A stretch of 55,249 bases of DNA from Patescibacteria group bacterium (GCA_038065855.1 JBBTQD010000007.1:1-55249); one strand, 5' to 3'; positions 8,628-17,963 are shown, numbered from the stretch's first letter. The notes: generated from the sequence alone by a model not told the origin. Translations and numbers: made by a program.

Positions 8628-9707
8628 ATGCTTACGGCGATAATTTTTATCATTGTTTTAGGAGTATTAGTGCTGGTGCATGAGTTCGGGCATTTTTATG
8701 TGGCTAAAAAAGCCGGAATGAAGGTGGAAGAATTCGGTTTCGGGTTTCCGCCGCGTCTTTTCGGAGTCAAAAGAGGCGAAACAGTTTATTCAATCAATTT
8801 AATTCCTTTCGGCGGTTTTGTGAAAATTTACGGCGAAGACGGAGAAGGAAAAAACGATTCAAGAAGCTTTGCTTCAAAGCCGGCGGGAAAACGGGCCCAA
8901 GTCATCGTAGCTGGCGTTTTGATGAATCTTTTTTTAGCGGCGGTTCTTCTCGGTTTTGGGAATGCTTTGGGTTTAAGAATCGGATTAGCCGGCAATGAAG
9001 ATTTTGCCGCCAAAGACGTAAAAATCCAAATAATTCAGGTTTCCCAAGATTCGCCCGCCCGCACCGCCGGATTAAAAACTTTAGATGAAATTGAACAAAT
9101 TCAAAAAGACGGTGATATACTTAGACCGAAAAGCGTTGAAGAGGTTCAGGGCTTTGTAAAGAAATACGGCGGCGAAGAAATAGTTTTGACTGTTTTTAGA
9201 AACGGCGGAGAAATTAATTTGAAACTTACTCCAAGAAAAAACCCGCCAGCCGGACAGGGCGCCATCGGCGTCAATCTAGCTAAGACCGGGGTGGTGTCTT
9301 ATCCCTGGTACGAGGCGATTTGGCGGGGGATTCGCGACACCGGAGTTATGGCCGTCAATATTACGATTACTCTCGGCATTTTTTTCAAGAATCTTTTTAT
9401 TGATTCACGTTTAATCGGCGATGTTTCCGGGCCGATCGGCATTGCGGTTTTGACCGGCCAAGCCGCCGGGCTCGGGTTCAATTATTTGCTTCAATTTGTG
9501 GCTTTGCTTTCAATAAATCTGGCTGTTTTGAATATTATGCCTTTTCCGGCTCTGGACGGCGGCAGGCTGCTTTTTATCGGCATTGAGAAATTTAAAGGTT
9601 CGCCGGTTCCAAAAAAAATTGAGGGATTCGTAAACGCGGCCGGATTCGCCTTTTTGATTGCTTTGATGATATGGATTACAGTTAAAGATGTAGCTAAGTT
9701 TTTTTAA
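8628..9707 (+). CDS. rseP: RIP site-2 metalloprotease (M50, RseP family)
   Basis: HEFGHF zinc motif in TM1, a central PDZ-like segment, and C-terminal NLAVLNIMPFPALDGG. Confidence 0.85.
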   Translation: MLTAIIFIIVLGVLVLVHEFGHFYVAKKAGMKVEEFGFGFPPRLFGVKRGETVYSINLIPFGGFVKIYGEDGEGKNDSRSFASKPAGKRAQVIVAGVLMNLFLAAVLLGFGNALGLRIGLAGNEDFAAKDVKIQIIQVSQDSPARTAGLKTLDEIEQIQKDGDILRPKSVEEVQGFVKKYGGEEIVLTVFRNGGEINLKLTPRKNPPAGQGAIGVNLAKTGVVSYPWYEAIWRGIRDTGVMAVNITITLGIFFKNLFIDSRLIGDVSGPIGIAVLTGQAAGLGFNYLLQFVALLSINLAVLNIMPFPALDGGRLLFIGIEKFKGSPVPKKIEGFVNAAGFAFLIALMIWITVKDVAKFF

Positions 9708-9708
9708 C

Positions 9709-9890
9709 GAGAAAGCCTCTCGGGCATAGTTGTTTCGGAAACGCTCGGCCTCGTACAACTAGAGTACAGTGTCCGACTTCTGTTTATCAGAATAAACCCT
9801 CGCTCCTCGTTCGCCTCGCTACATATAACATCTCCTCTTAACGGCTCGGCTCGCGAGGTTCCTCAACAACTATACCCTGCGGGCTTTCTC
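9709..9890 (+). promoter_or_regulatory. inverted-repeat-bounded structured element / candidate leader upstream of proS
   Basis: GAGAAAGCC (9709-9717) pairs with GGCTTTCTC (9882-9890). ATAGTTGTT (9726-9734) pairs with AACAACTAT (9865-9873). An alternative partner ACAACTA lies at 9755-9761. The region has no ATG. Function unknown. Confidence 0.3.
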
Positions 9891-9894
9891 AAAA

Positions 9895-11130
9895 ATGAAA
9901 TTATCACAACTTTTCACAAAAACATTACGTGAATCTCCAAAAGACGAGGAGAGTATCAACGCTAAACTTTTAATCCGCGGTGGTTTTGTTGCTAAGAATT
10001 CGGCCGGAGTTTATACATTTTTGCCTTTGGGTTGGCGAGTGGTTGAAAAAATCACGAAAATAATTAAAGAAGAGATGAACGCAATTGACGGTCAGGAACT
10101 TTTTATGCCGGCTTTGGTTGATAAGAAATATATGGAGCCAACCGAGAGGTGGAATTTGGATGTAGGTTATTTTGCCAAATCAAAAAATGAAAAAGAGGCT
10201 AATTTTGTTCTTGGTTGGTCTCATGAAGAGGTTTTAACGGATATCGCTGCTAAATTTATCAATTCATACAAAGATTTGCCGTTTTATGCTTATCAAATAC
10301 AGACAAAATTCAGGCATGAAGCCAGGCCTAAATCCGGACTTTTAAGAGGCAGAGAATTTATGATGAAGGATTTGTATAGCTTTCATGTCTCGGAAGAAGA
10401 TTTGAATAGTTATTATGAAAAAGTAAAAGCTGCTTATCTAAAAGTTTTTGAACATTGCGGGTTAAGAACAATTTACACTTTGGCTGGAGGCGGGGTCTTT
10501 ACTGATAATTTTACGCATGAATTTCAGGTTTTAGCCGATATTGGAGAAGATACGATTTACGTTTGTTCGAAATGCGAGTATTCGGAAAATAAAGAAATTA
10601 CAAAACTGAAAGATGGCGACAAATGCCCTAAATGCGCCGGTAAAATATCAGAAAAAAGAGCAATAGAAGTTGGCAATATTTTTAAAAACGGCATTAAGTA
10701 TTCCGAAGCTTTAGGACTCTATTTTGTAGACGAAAATGGAGATAAAAAACCGGTGGTGATGGGTTCTTATGGAATCGGTGTTAGCCGACTGATGGGTACG
10801 ATAGTAGAGATTTATAATGATAAGAACGGAATTATTTGGCCGCAAAACGTCGCGCCGTTTATAGTTCATTTAATTGTTTTGAACGGTAAAAATGAAGAAG
10901 CCGACAAAATTTATGAAAATCTACAAAAAGCCGGAACCGAAGTTTTATACGATGACCGTTTAGCCCAAAGCCCGGGCGAAAAATTCGCTGATGCCGATTT
11001 AATCGGCTGCCCGATTCGGATTGTGGTTAGTGAAAAAACCTTAGAGAAAAACTCGGCGGAGATTAAATCAAGGGAACAACAAAAAACCGAACTCGTTAAG
11101 TTGACTAATTTAGTCGATAAAATAAGATAA
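9895..11130 (+). CDS. proS: prolyl-tRNA synthetase, short form lacking the INS editing domain
   Basis: Bacterial-type N-terminus MKLSQLFTKTLRE, class II motifs (FRHEARPKSGLLRGREFMMKD; GSYGIGVSRL) and a C-terminal anticodon-binding domain. CxxC-x19-CxxC sits where INS normally lies. Confidence 0.85.
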   Translation: MKLSQLFTKTLRESPKDEESINAKLLIRGGFVAKNSAGVYTFLPLGWRVVEKITKIIKEEMNAIDGQELFMPALVDKKYMEPTERWNLDVGYFAKSKNEKEANFVLGWSHEEVLTDIAAKFINSYKDLPFYAYQIQTKFRHEARPKSGLLRGREFMMKDLYSFHVSEEDLNSYYEKVKAAYLKVFEHCGLRTIYTLAGGGVFTDNFTHEFQVLADIGEDTIYVCSKCEYSENKEITKLKDGDKCPKCAGKISEKRAIEVGNIFKNGIKYSEALGLYFVDENGDKKPVVMGSYGIGVSRLMGTIVEIYNDKNGIIWPQNVAPFIVHLIVLNGKNEEADKIYENLQKAGTEVLYDDRLAQSPGEKFADADLIGCPIRIVVSEKTLEKNSAEIKSREQQKTELVKLTNLVDKIR

Positions 11131-11135
11131 GGTGG

Positions 11136-12185
11136 ATGCTAGACAAATTTTTCGGCGCTTTCTCCAAAGACATCGGCATAGACTTAGGTACGGCTAATAC
11201 CCTTGTTTATGTTAAGGGGCGGGGGATTGTCATTAATGAGCCGTCGGTCGTGTCGGTTAATAAAAAAACCGGCCAGATTATTGCCATTGGAAGCGAGGCC
11301 CAGAAAATGATCGGTAAGACCCCTCCTTTTATTGTCGCTTCGCGCCCCCTTGTTTCTGGAGTTGTTTCCGATTTCGAGGTCACCGAACAGATGCTTAAAT
11401 ACTTTATCGACAAAGTCCATAAAGAATCTTTTACTCTGGTGCCGCGACCACGTGTTGTTATCGGAATTCCATCCGGCGTGACTGAAGTTGAAAAAAGAGC
11501 CGTGGAGGACGCTGTTTTCAACGCCGGAGCAAGAGAAGTTTATTTGATTGAAGAACCGATGGCCGCGGCCATCGGCGCAAGACTCCCGATTTACGATCCA
11601 GAAGCCAATCTTATTGTTGATATTGGTGGCGGCACGGCCGAAGTGGCTTTGATTTGCTTAGGGGGGATGGTTGCGTTGCGGAGCATTAGAATCGCCGGCG
11701 ATAAATTTAATGAAGACATAATTCAATACATTAAGGATGAGTCTAGGCTTTTAATCGGCGAACGGATGGCCGAAGACATAAAAATTTCCATCGGTTCGGT
11801 CTGGCCGGAAGTCGAAGAACTGGATATGGAAATAAGCGGCCGTGATGCTGTTACTGGCCTGCCTAAGGAAATTAAAATCACTTCTTCGGAAATTAGAAAA
11901 GCGTTGATGCGTTCGACCAGAATCATAATTAACGCTGTCAAAGACACTATTGAAGACACTCCGCCGGAGCTCATCTCTGATTTGACTAAAAAAGCGATAT
12001 ACCTGGCTGGCGGTGGGAGCCTTTTAAGGGGGTTTGACGTTTTACTGGCTAATGAGACAAAGCTTCCAGTTAAAATAGTCGACGATCCTTTGACGGCCGT
12101 GGTCAGGGGCTGTGGCATCGTCCTTGAAGATATTGATAAATTAAAAGACATTTTAATTAGCACCGATAAGGAAGAATTTCAATAA
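11136..12185 (+). CDS. mreB: rod shape-determining actin homolog MreB
   Basis: DIGIDLGTANTLVY, EPMAAAIGA, DIGGGTAEVA and YLAGGGSLLRG motifs. Confidence 0.9.
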   Translation: MLDKFFGAFSKDIGIDLGTANTLVYVKGRGIVINEPSVVSVNKKTGQIIAIGSEAQKMIGKTPPFIVASRPLVSGVVSDFEVTEQMLKYFIDKVHKESFTLVPRPRVVIGIPSGVTEVEKRAVEDAVFNAGAREVYLIEEPMAAAIGARLPIYDPEANLIVDIGGGTAEVALICLGGMVALRSIRIAGDKFNEDIIQYIKDESRLLIGERMAEDIKISIGSVWPEVEELDMEISGRDAVTGLPKEIKITSSEIRKALMRSTRIIINAVKDTIEDTPPELISDLTKKAIYLAGGGSLLRGFDVLLANETKLPVKIVDDPLTAVVRGCGIVLEDIDKLKDILISTDKEEFQ

Positions 12186-14041
12186 TGAGAAGTTATAAGG
12201 TTAGTTTAGATAGCGATGCTCTTGAACCAGAAGAGTCGTTTTTAGAATCGGTTTCGTCTGAATCAAAGATTGAAGGGCCAATAAAGTCAGGTTTTTTTGT
12301 TATTTTTTATTTCGGGATTCTGATGATTTTGGGATTTTTTGCGATTGCCGGTTTTAATCTTGGAATTGTAAAGGGCGACTATTTCGCTGACCTTTCGGCT
12401 AAAAACCAATTTATTTCAGTGTCATTCCCTCCTCAGCGCGGATTGATTTATTCCAAAGAAGGGAATCTTTTGGCTTCGCATAAAGAATCTTTTAGCCTCT
12501 GGTTCCTTCCTTCAAAAATTCCGGCCGGTAAAAAAGAGGAGGTAATTTTAAAATTGTCGGAGGCTCTTGGCTTGCACCATGACTGGCTCTCAGAACTGAT
12601 TGAAAGGAGTATGAATATGGCTTCTTTTTTGGTAAAAAAGGATCTTACCGGAGAGGAAAAGGAAAAAATCCTGGCCCTGAACTTCCCGAATCTTCTTGTT
12701 ACCACTAGTAGTACTAGAATTTATCCGGATGGTCAGATTTTTTCGCATTTGATCGGTTATGTGAGTTTAGTTAACCGAGATGATCTCAATAAGGACGGTT
12801 ATTACAAAATCAATGACGAAATCGGCCGCGAAGGCCTTGAGAGTTTTTATGAAAACGAACTCCGGGGTCGGCGGGGCAAGATTCTCATCAATCGTTTTAA
12901 AGACGAAGATCAGATTTCAGAACCTCAAAAGGGAAATAGCTTGGTTTTAAATATAGATTCCGAATTGCAAAAAAATATATATCAGGAGTTGGATAGAGCC
13001 TTGAAAGAAATCGGTTCGCGCTCCGGAGCGGCGGTGGCGATAGATCCGAGAGACGGCCGGGTTTTATCTTTAGTCAGCCTGCCTTCATACGATAATTCGA
13101 GCTTCGCCGGCGGATTAAGCTTCGAAGAATTCAAATTATTTTTTGAGAATCGGAGAGAACCTTTGTTTAACCGGGCGATTTCTGGCCGATTCGCCCCGGG
13201 TTCGACGATTAAACCAATTATCGCTTTGGCGGCTTTGGAAGAAGGGGTGATCAGCCCGTTAAAAAAAATCAATGCTCCCGGTCTGATCACTATTTCCAAT
13301 CCTTACAATCCGCAGATTATTTATACTTTCAGAGATTGGAAAAACCATGGCTGGGTGAATATGAGAGAGGCCATCGCTAATTCCTCTGATATTTATTTCT
13401 ACACCGTTGGTGGCGGCTTTTATGACATTGAGGGGCTCGGCATTCAAAAGATTGCTGAGTATTTTAAGTTTTTTAAAATTAATTCTCTCTTGGGCATAGA
13501 TTTAAACGGTGAGGCGGCCGGTTTTGTGCCGAGTCCGGAATGGAAAAAAGATTTTCGCAAAGAAACCTGGTATAAGGGCGACACATTCAATGTTTCAATT
13601 GGCCAAGGCGATTTACTGGCTACGCCTCTTTGGGTTACTTCTTTTATCGGCGCTTTGGGCAACGGCCATGCTTTATACCGGCCTTTCATAGCAGATAAGG
13701 TTTTAGATGAAAAAAACATTGTTATTAAAACTTTTGAGCCGGAAATTATCCAGGAATTCAATTTCAGCAAAGAAAATTTGGAGGTTGTCCGGGAAGGGAT
13801 GAAACTGGCCGCCGAGATTGGCACGGCCAAGGTTTTATCTGATTTGCCTTTTGAAGTCGGGGCCAAGAGCGGAACGGCTGAAGTAATAAAGGGCCAAAGC
13901 ACCAATTCCTGGATTTCTGTTTTTGCTCCCTATGATAATCCACAGATTGCGTTGACAATAATGATGGAATCGGGTAAAGAAGGAAGTTATATACCACATC
14001 AGATAGCGTATCGAATACTGAAAGATTACTTTGCAAAATAG
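12185..14041 (+). CDS. mrdA: penicillin-binding protein 2 (transpeptidase)
   Basis: N-terminal TM helix, AAVAIDPRDGRVLSLVSLPSYD, SxxK as GSTIKP, SSD, and KSG as KSGTAE. Confidence 0.8.
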   Translation: MRSYKVSLDSDALEPEESFLESVSSESKIEGPIKSGFFVIFYFGILMILGFFAIAGFNLGIVKGDYFADLSAKNQFISVSFPPQRGLIYSKEGNLLASHKESFSLWFLPSKIPAGKKEEVILKLSEALGLHHDWLSELIERSMNMASFLVKKDLTGEEKEKILALNFPNLLVTTSSTRIYPDGQIFSHLIGYVSLVNRDDLNKDGYYKINDEIGREGLESFYENELRGRRGKILINRFKDEDQISEPQKGNSLVLNIDSELQKNIYQELDRALKEIGSRSGAAVAIDPRDGRVLSLVSLPSYDNSSFAGGLSFEEFKLFFENRREPLFNRAISGRFAPGSTIKPIIALAALEEGVISPLKKINAPGLITISNPYNPQIIYTFRDWKNHGWVNMREAIANSSDIYFYTVGGGFYDIEGLGIQKIAEYFKFFKINSLLGIDLNGEAAGFVPSPEWKKDFRKETWYKGDTFNVSIGQGDLLATPLWVTSFIGALGNGHALYRPFIADKVLDEKNIVIKTFEPEIIQEFNFSKENLEVVREGMKLAAEIGTAKVLSDLPFEVGAKSGTAEVIKGQSTNSWISVFAPYDNPQIALTIMMESGKEGSYIPHQIAYRILKDYFAK

Positions 14042-14046
14042 TTTTT

Positions 14047-14499
14047 ATGTATCTTAGCCAAGAAGGATTAAAAAAAATAAAAGACGAACTTGAGAAGAGG
14101 AGATCTTCGCGCCTTGAAATTTCCCAAAAAATTCAGGAAGCGAAAACGCTCGGAGACTTATCTGAAAACGCCGAATATCAGGAGGCCTTGTCGATCCAGT
14201 CTTTCAATGAAGGAAGGATTTTAGAAATTGAAGAAATTTTAAGACGGGCGGAAATTCTGGCCGAAGGGAAGGGCCATAGCCACGAAGAGGTTGAAATTGG
14301 CTCTCAAATAAAGACCGAATCAAAATTCGGGGCAAAGCAGTTCACCATCGTCGGTTCTTCAGAAGCTGATCCGGCTAAGGGCTTTATTTCTGACGAATCG
14401 CCTTTGGGTAAAGCGTTTTTAGGGCGGAAGAAAGGCGAGGAAGTTGAAGTGGAAACGCCCAAAGGCAAAGCCAAGTACAAGATTTTGGAGATACTTTGA
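14047..14499 (+). CDS. greA: transcription elongation factor GreA
   Basis: Coiled-coil N-domain with DLSENAEYQEA, and a C-terminal FKBP-like domain (SPLGKAFLGRKKGEEVEV). Confidence 0.85.
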   Translation: MYLSQEGLKKIKDELEKRRSSRLEISQKIQEAKTLGDLSENAEYQEALSIQSFNEGRILEIEEILRRAEILAEGKGHSHEEVEIGSQIKTESKFGAKQFTIVGSSEADPAKGFISDESPLGKAFLGRKKGEEVEVETPKGKAKYKILEIL

Positions 14500-14522
14500 A
14501 TGGAAAGCAACTCGGCATAGCG

Positions 14523-14572
14523 TTTTCTTCTCTCAAGACTCGCAGACAAATAATCTTTCAGCGGATACCGTT
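14523..14572 (-). repeat. dispersed intergenic repeat, copy B (50 nt, inverted relative to copy A)
   Basis: The reverse complement differs from 4102..4151 at one position. Weaker homology to copy C continues to 14502 (GGAAAGC..CTC..ATAGC). Confidence 0.9.
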
Positions 14573-14591
14573 CCGTAAATAAGAATTTATC

Positions 14592-14755
14592 TTCACTAAA
14601 ATTTGGCGACAAATAAGGCACCCTCCACCCTATTTGTCATCGCCAAATTTTCACCCGCTTCAGTTATTTGTATCTACTCCCTTGTAGTTCAGAAATCGCT
14701 ACACCTCGTCGCTTTCCGATTGCTTTATACGGAAGAAATTGGTTATACCCCTCGC
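14592..14755 (-). repeat. hairpin-containing intergenic element, copy 2 (homolog of 33516..33617)
   Basis: The reverse complement carries, in order: GCGAGGGGTAT, GTATAAAGC, an 18-bp bulged hairpin (14598-14615 / 14631-14651) with loop GGGTGGAGGGTGCCT, then AAATTTTAGTGAA. This is the same order as the rpsI-distal copy. Confidence 0.7.
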
Positions 14756-14883
14756 TTCCAAAAAATCACATCTTCGTTTCTTCATTTTTTAGTTCAGAAA
14801 AGCCTTGACAAACCAAGTTTAGATTAGTAACCTCTCTATAGACCTTAGTTGGTAAATTTTGATGAGATGAGAGGAGATTTTCT

Positions 14884-15243
14884 ATGACTACGACCGAACG
14901 AGTAAGACTCGAAGAGCCACGCCTCTTCCACGAAATTGATGGTTTAGATGATCACATTCTCGAAGATCTTGCAAATATAGATGACGAAAACGCCATTGTA
15001 ATATGCAAGATTGGGCTTCCAGCCGACCAACTCTTCGGATTGGAAGGTGAGCAGTATGGTATCTACATCTTTTTGATCAACAGCATGGGCAACCGGGTCA
15101 TCAAGGGTGTACGTACCGAACGTCACGAAGGACAAAAAGGGAAAACGATTACCCTTAGAGCTGTCAAGGCCGTGATGTCAGCATTCGTCTCAAAAGAATT
15201 CCGCATCGTCGAGTTCAAGTACAACACATCGGCTAGTTGGTAA
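14884..15243 (+). CDS. hypothetical protein (119 aa) with atypical codon usage
   Basis: GAGAGGAG Shine-Dalgarno sequence 6-7 nt upstream of the ATG. Followed by its own rho-independent terminator. C-ending codons dominate (TTC, ATC, CTC, CAC, GAC), unlike the neighbours. No recognisable motifs. Confidence 0.5.
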   Translation: MTTTERVRLEEPRLFHEIDGLDDHILEDLANIDDENAIVICKIGLPADQLFGLEGEQYGIYIFLINSMGNRVIKGVRTERHEGQKGKTITLRAVKAVMSAFVSKEFRIVEFKYNTSASW

Positions 15244-15270
15244 ACTAGTTGGTCATTGGAATCAACTCAA

Positions 15271-15305
15271 CGCCGCAGTATTGTTAACACTCGCGGCGTT
15301 TTTTT
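15271..15305 (+). terminator. rho-independent terminator
   Basis: GC stem CGCCGC (15271-15276) / GCGGCG (15293-15298), extendable by AGT/ACT, followed by a 7-T tract (15299-15305). Confidence 0.7.
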
Positions 15306-15363
15306 GCGAAAACCGACAAGGGTGTAGCTTTTCGCAATAAATTTTTTCTGGTATCCTGAATCT

Positions 15364-16680
15364 ATGGCCCTGGAAGAAATAAGAAAAGCGAGGCTGAAGA
15401 AACTGGAAAATATAAGAAAAGCTGGGATTGATCCGTATCCGGCCGAGAGTTTTCGTTCACGGGGAACCGCGGAAACACTGAAAAATTTCGCGGAATTATC
15501 GGAGGGGAAAAAGAAAATTACCCTGGCGGGCCGATTGATGTCTTTGCGGGATCACGGCGGTTCTGTTTTCGGCGATTTAAAAGACGAGAGCGGCAAGATT
15601 CAGCTTTTTTTCAAAAAAGATGCATTAGGTGAAAAAGATTTCGGTTTTTTTCTTGAAAACTTCGACATCGGCGATTTTATTGAGGTAGGCGGCGTCTTAA
15701 TAAAAACCAAAGTCGGTGAGCCGACTCTGGAAGTCCAAAGTTTCCGAATGCTGGCAAAGACGCTTTTGCCTTTGCCGGAAAAATGGCACGGTCTTCAGGA
15801 CAACGAAGAAAGATTCAGAAAAAGATATTTGGATTTAATATTTAACGAAAATGTTAAAAGAAAGTTTGAATCCAGGTTTAAAATAATCCAAAAAATTAGG
15901 CAGTATTTTTCGGATCGAGGAAGCGTTGAAGTTGAGACTCCGATTCTCCAAATTATTCCTGGCGGCGCCTTAGCCAAACCTTTTAAAACTCATATGAACA
16001 CTCTTGATTTGGATTTATACCTTCGAGTGGCGCCCGAACTTTATCTTAAACGCCTTTTAATCGGCGGTTTTGAAAGCGTTTTTGAAATTGGTCGGAATTT
16101 CAGAAACGAGGGCATTGACCGTGACCATAATCCGGAATTCACGATGTTAGAAGCTTATTTCGCCTATCGGGATTATAATTGGCTGATGGAATTTACAGAG
16201 GATCTTTTCGTTCATTTAAATGAAAATTTTAAAAAACCATTCAAGAGAATTAAATTTAATGAGTTGGTGAAAGAAAAAGATAATCCTGATGAAATTTTTA
16301 AGAAACTGATCCGGCCGAAAATCATTGAGCCGACATTTGTGATTGACCATCCGGTTGAATTGTCGCCCTTGGCCAAGAAGTTAGGAGAAGATCAGCATCA
16401 TGTCGCCAGGTTCCAGCTTATTGCCGGCGGCTTTGAATTGTGCAACGCCTTTTCAGAACTTAATGACCCTCTGGATCAAAAAGAAAGATTTAAAGAGCAG
16501 AAGAAATTAAAAGGCGATGAAGTTCATCCTTATGACCAGGAATTTCTGGAGGCTTTAGAATACGGAATGCCGCCAGCGGCTGGCATTGGAATAGGCATAG
16601 ACAGGTTAGTGATGTTTTTGACTAATTCAAATAATTTAAGGGAAATAATTTTATTTCCGACGATGAAGCCTAAGGATTGA
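15364..16680 (+). CDS. lysS: lysyl-tRNA synthetase, class II (short, 438 aa)
   Basis: N-terminal OB anticodon-binding domain. LRVAPELYLKRLLIGGFESVFEIGRNFRNEGID. Motif 3 GIGIGIDRLVMFLT. Confidence 0.9.
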   Translation: MALEEIRKARLKKLENIRKAGIDPYPAESFRSRGTAETLKNFAELSEGKKKITLAGRLMSLRDHGGSVFGDLKDESGKIQLFFKKDALGEKDFGFFLENFDIGDFIEVGGVLIKTKVGEPTLEVQSFRMLAKTLLPLPEKWHGLQDNEERFRKRYLDLIFNENVKRKFESRFKIIQKIRQYFSDRGSVEVETPILQIIPGGALAKPFKTHMNTLDLDLYLRVAPELYLKRLLIGGFESVFEIGRNFRNEGIDRDHNPEFTMLEAYFAYRDYNWLMEFTEDLFVHLNENFKKPFKRIKFNELVKEKDNPDEIFKKLIRPKIIEPTFVIDHPVELSPLAKKLGEDQHHVARFQLIAGGFELCNAFSELNDPLDQKERFKEQKKLKGDEVHPYDQEFLEALEYGMPPAAGIGIGIDRLVMFLTNSNNLREIILFPTMKPKD

Positions 16681-17960
16681 TGCTCGACACTAAATTTATT
16701 CGTCAAAATCCGGAAGAAGTTAAAGAAAGCTTGAAGAAGAGGAATTTTGATGCTGAATTAGTAGATAGGATTTTGAGCTTGGATGAAAGGCGGAGACATG
16801 TTTTGGGAGAACTGGAAGAGGGGAGAGCTGAGATAAATAAAAAATCAAAGGCCGCGCCGCCGCCGGTGGAAATTGAAAATCTCAAAAAACTCAAAGAAAA
16901 AATTAAAATTCTCGAGAATGAATTGGAATTAGTTGAAAAAGATTTAAATGAATATTTACATCAGCTGCCGAATTTGCCTTTACCCGATGTTCCGGTCGGC
17001 AAAGACGAGAAAAGCAACAAAATTTTATATGAAGTAGGGAAGAGGCCGAAATTTAGTTTTGAGCCAAAAAAGCATTACGAACTTGGGGAGTCGCTGGAAG
17101 TTATTGATATCGAAAGGGCAGCCAAAGTTTCCGGTTCGCGCTTTGGTTATTTGAAAGGCCTTGGCGCCCGATTTGAATTCGCTCTGATAAATTTTACTTT
17201 GGCTAGACTGACCGACAAAAAATGGGTTGGAAAAATTGCCAAGAAAAATAAATTAAGTATTTCTGGCAAAGAATTTATTCCGGTGATTCCGCCTGTTTTG
17301 ATAAACGAAAAAGCGATGAAAGGAATGGGATATATTGATACGGAAGCTGACCGCGAAGATAAATATTTTTTGGAAAAAGATAGAGAGTATCTGGTCGGCA
17401 CTTCGGAACAGTCAATCGGGCCGATGCATATGGATGAAGTTTTTGGCGAAAAAGATCTGCCGGTCCGGTATCTCGCTTTTTCTTCTTGTTTCAGGCGCGA
17501 GGCCGGAAGCTACGGCAAAGACGTTCGCGGATTTATGCGTGTTCACCAGTTTGATAAATTGGAGATGTTTTCTTATGCCCGGCCGGAAGATTCGGCTTTA
17601 GAGCATAAATTATTTTTGGCGATTGAAGAAGAATTAATGAAAGAGCTGGACTTGCCTTACAGAGTGGTTCATCTTTCAACCGGAGATTTAGCCAGACCTC
17701 TGGCTTCAACTTTTGACATTGAAACTTGGTTTCCAGGACTGGGCGAATATAAAGAAACCCATTCGACTTCAAACGCGACCGATTTTCAGTCAGGGCGTCT
17801 AGCCATCAGGCTAAGAAGAAAAAACGGCGATTTGGAATTTGTTCATATGTTGAACGGAACCGCTTTCGCCATGTCCAGAATCCCAATTGCCATTTTGGAG
17901 AACTATCAGCAGAAAGACGGTTCAATAAAAATTCCAAAAGCTCTCAAGAAGTATCTTTAA
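16677..17960 (+). CDS. serS: seryl-tRNA synthetase
   Basis: N-terminal coiled-coil arm, then class II core (FRREAGSYGKDVRGFMRVHQFDK; TSNATDFQSGRL; LNGTAFA). ATGA overlap with lysS. Confidence 0.9.
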   Translation: MMLDTKFIRQNPEEVKESLKKRNFDAELVDRILSLDERRRHVLGELEEGRAEINKKSKAAPPPVEIENLKKLKEKIKILENELELVEKDLNEYLHQLPNLPLPDVPVGKDEKSNKILYEVGKRPKFSFEPKKHYELGESLEVIDIERAAKVSGSRFGYLKGLGARFEFALINFTLARLTDKKWVGKIAKKNKLSISGKEFIPVIPPVLINEKAMKGMGYIDTEADREDKYFLEKDREYLVGTSEQSIGPMHMDEVFGEKDLPVRYLAFSSCFRREAGSYGKDVRGFMRVHQFDKLEMFSYARPEDSALEHKLFLAIEEELMKELDLPYRVVHLSTGDLARPLASTFDIETWFPGLGEYKETHSTSNATDFQSGRLAIRLRRKNGDLEFVHMLNGTAFAMSRIPIAILENYQQKDGSIKIPKALKKYL

Positions 17961-17963
17961 AGA

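Noticed and set aside
9709-9890. A T-box riboswitch upstream of proS.
   Set aside because: There is no T-box consensus (AANNNGGGUGGNACCGCG), no UGGN bulge, no terminator T tract, and the region is very G-poor. It is kept only as an unclassified structured element.
14500-14883. A known housekeeping ncRNA (tmRNA, RNase P RNA, SRP RNA or 6S) hidden in the 384-nt gap. The same was considered for 51889-52217.
   Set aside because: I could not find the GAGGAAAGUCC P4 signature, tRNA-like tmRNA ends (GGGG... / ...UCCACCA), or the SRP domain IV GGAA/GCAGCC motifs on either strand. A covariance-model search is still advisable.
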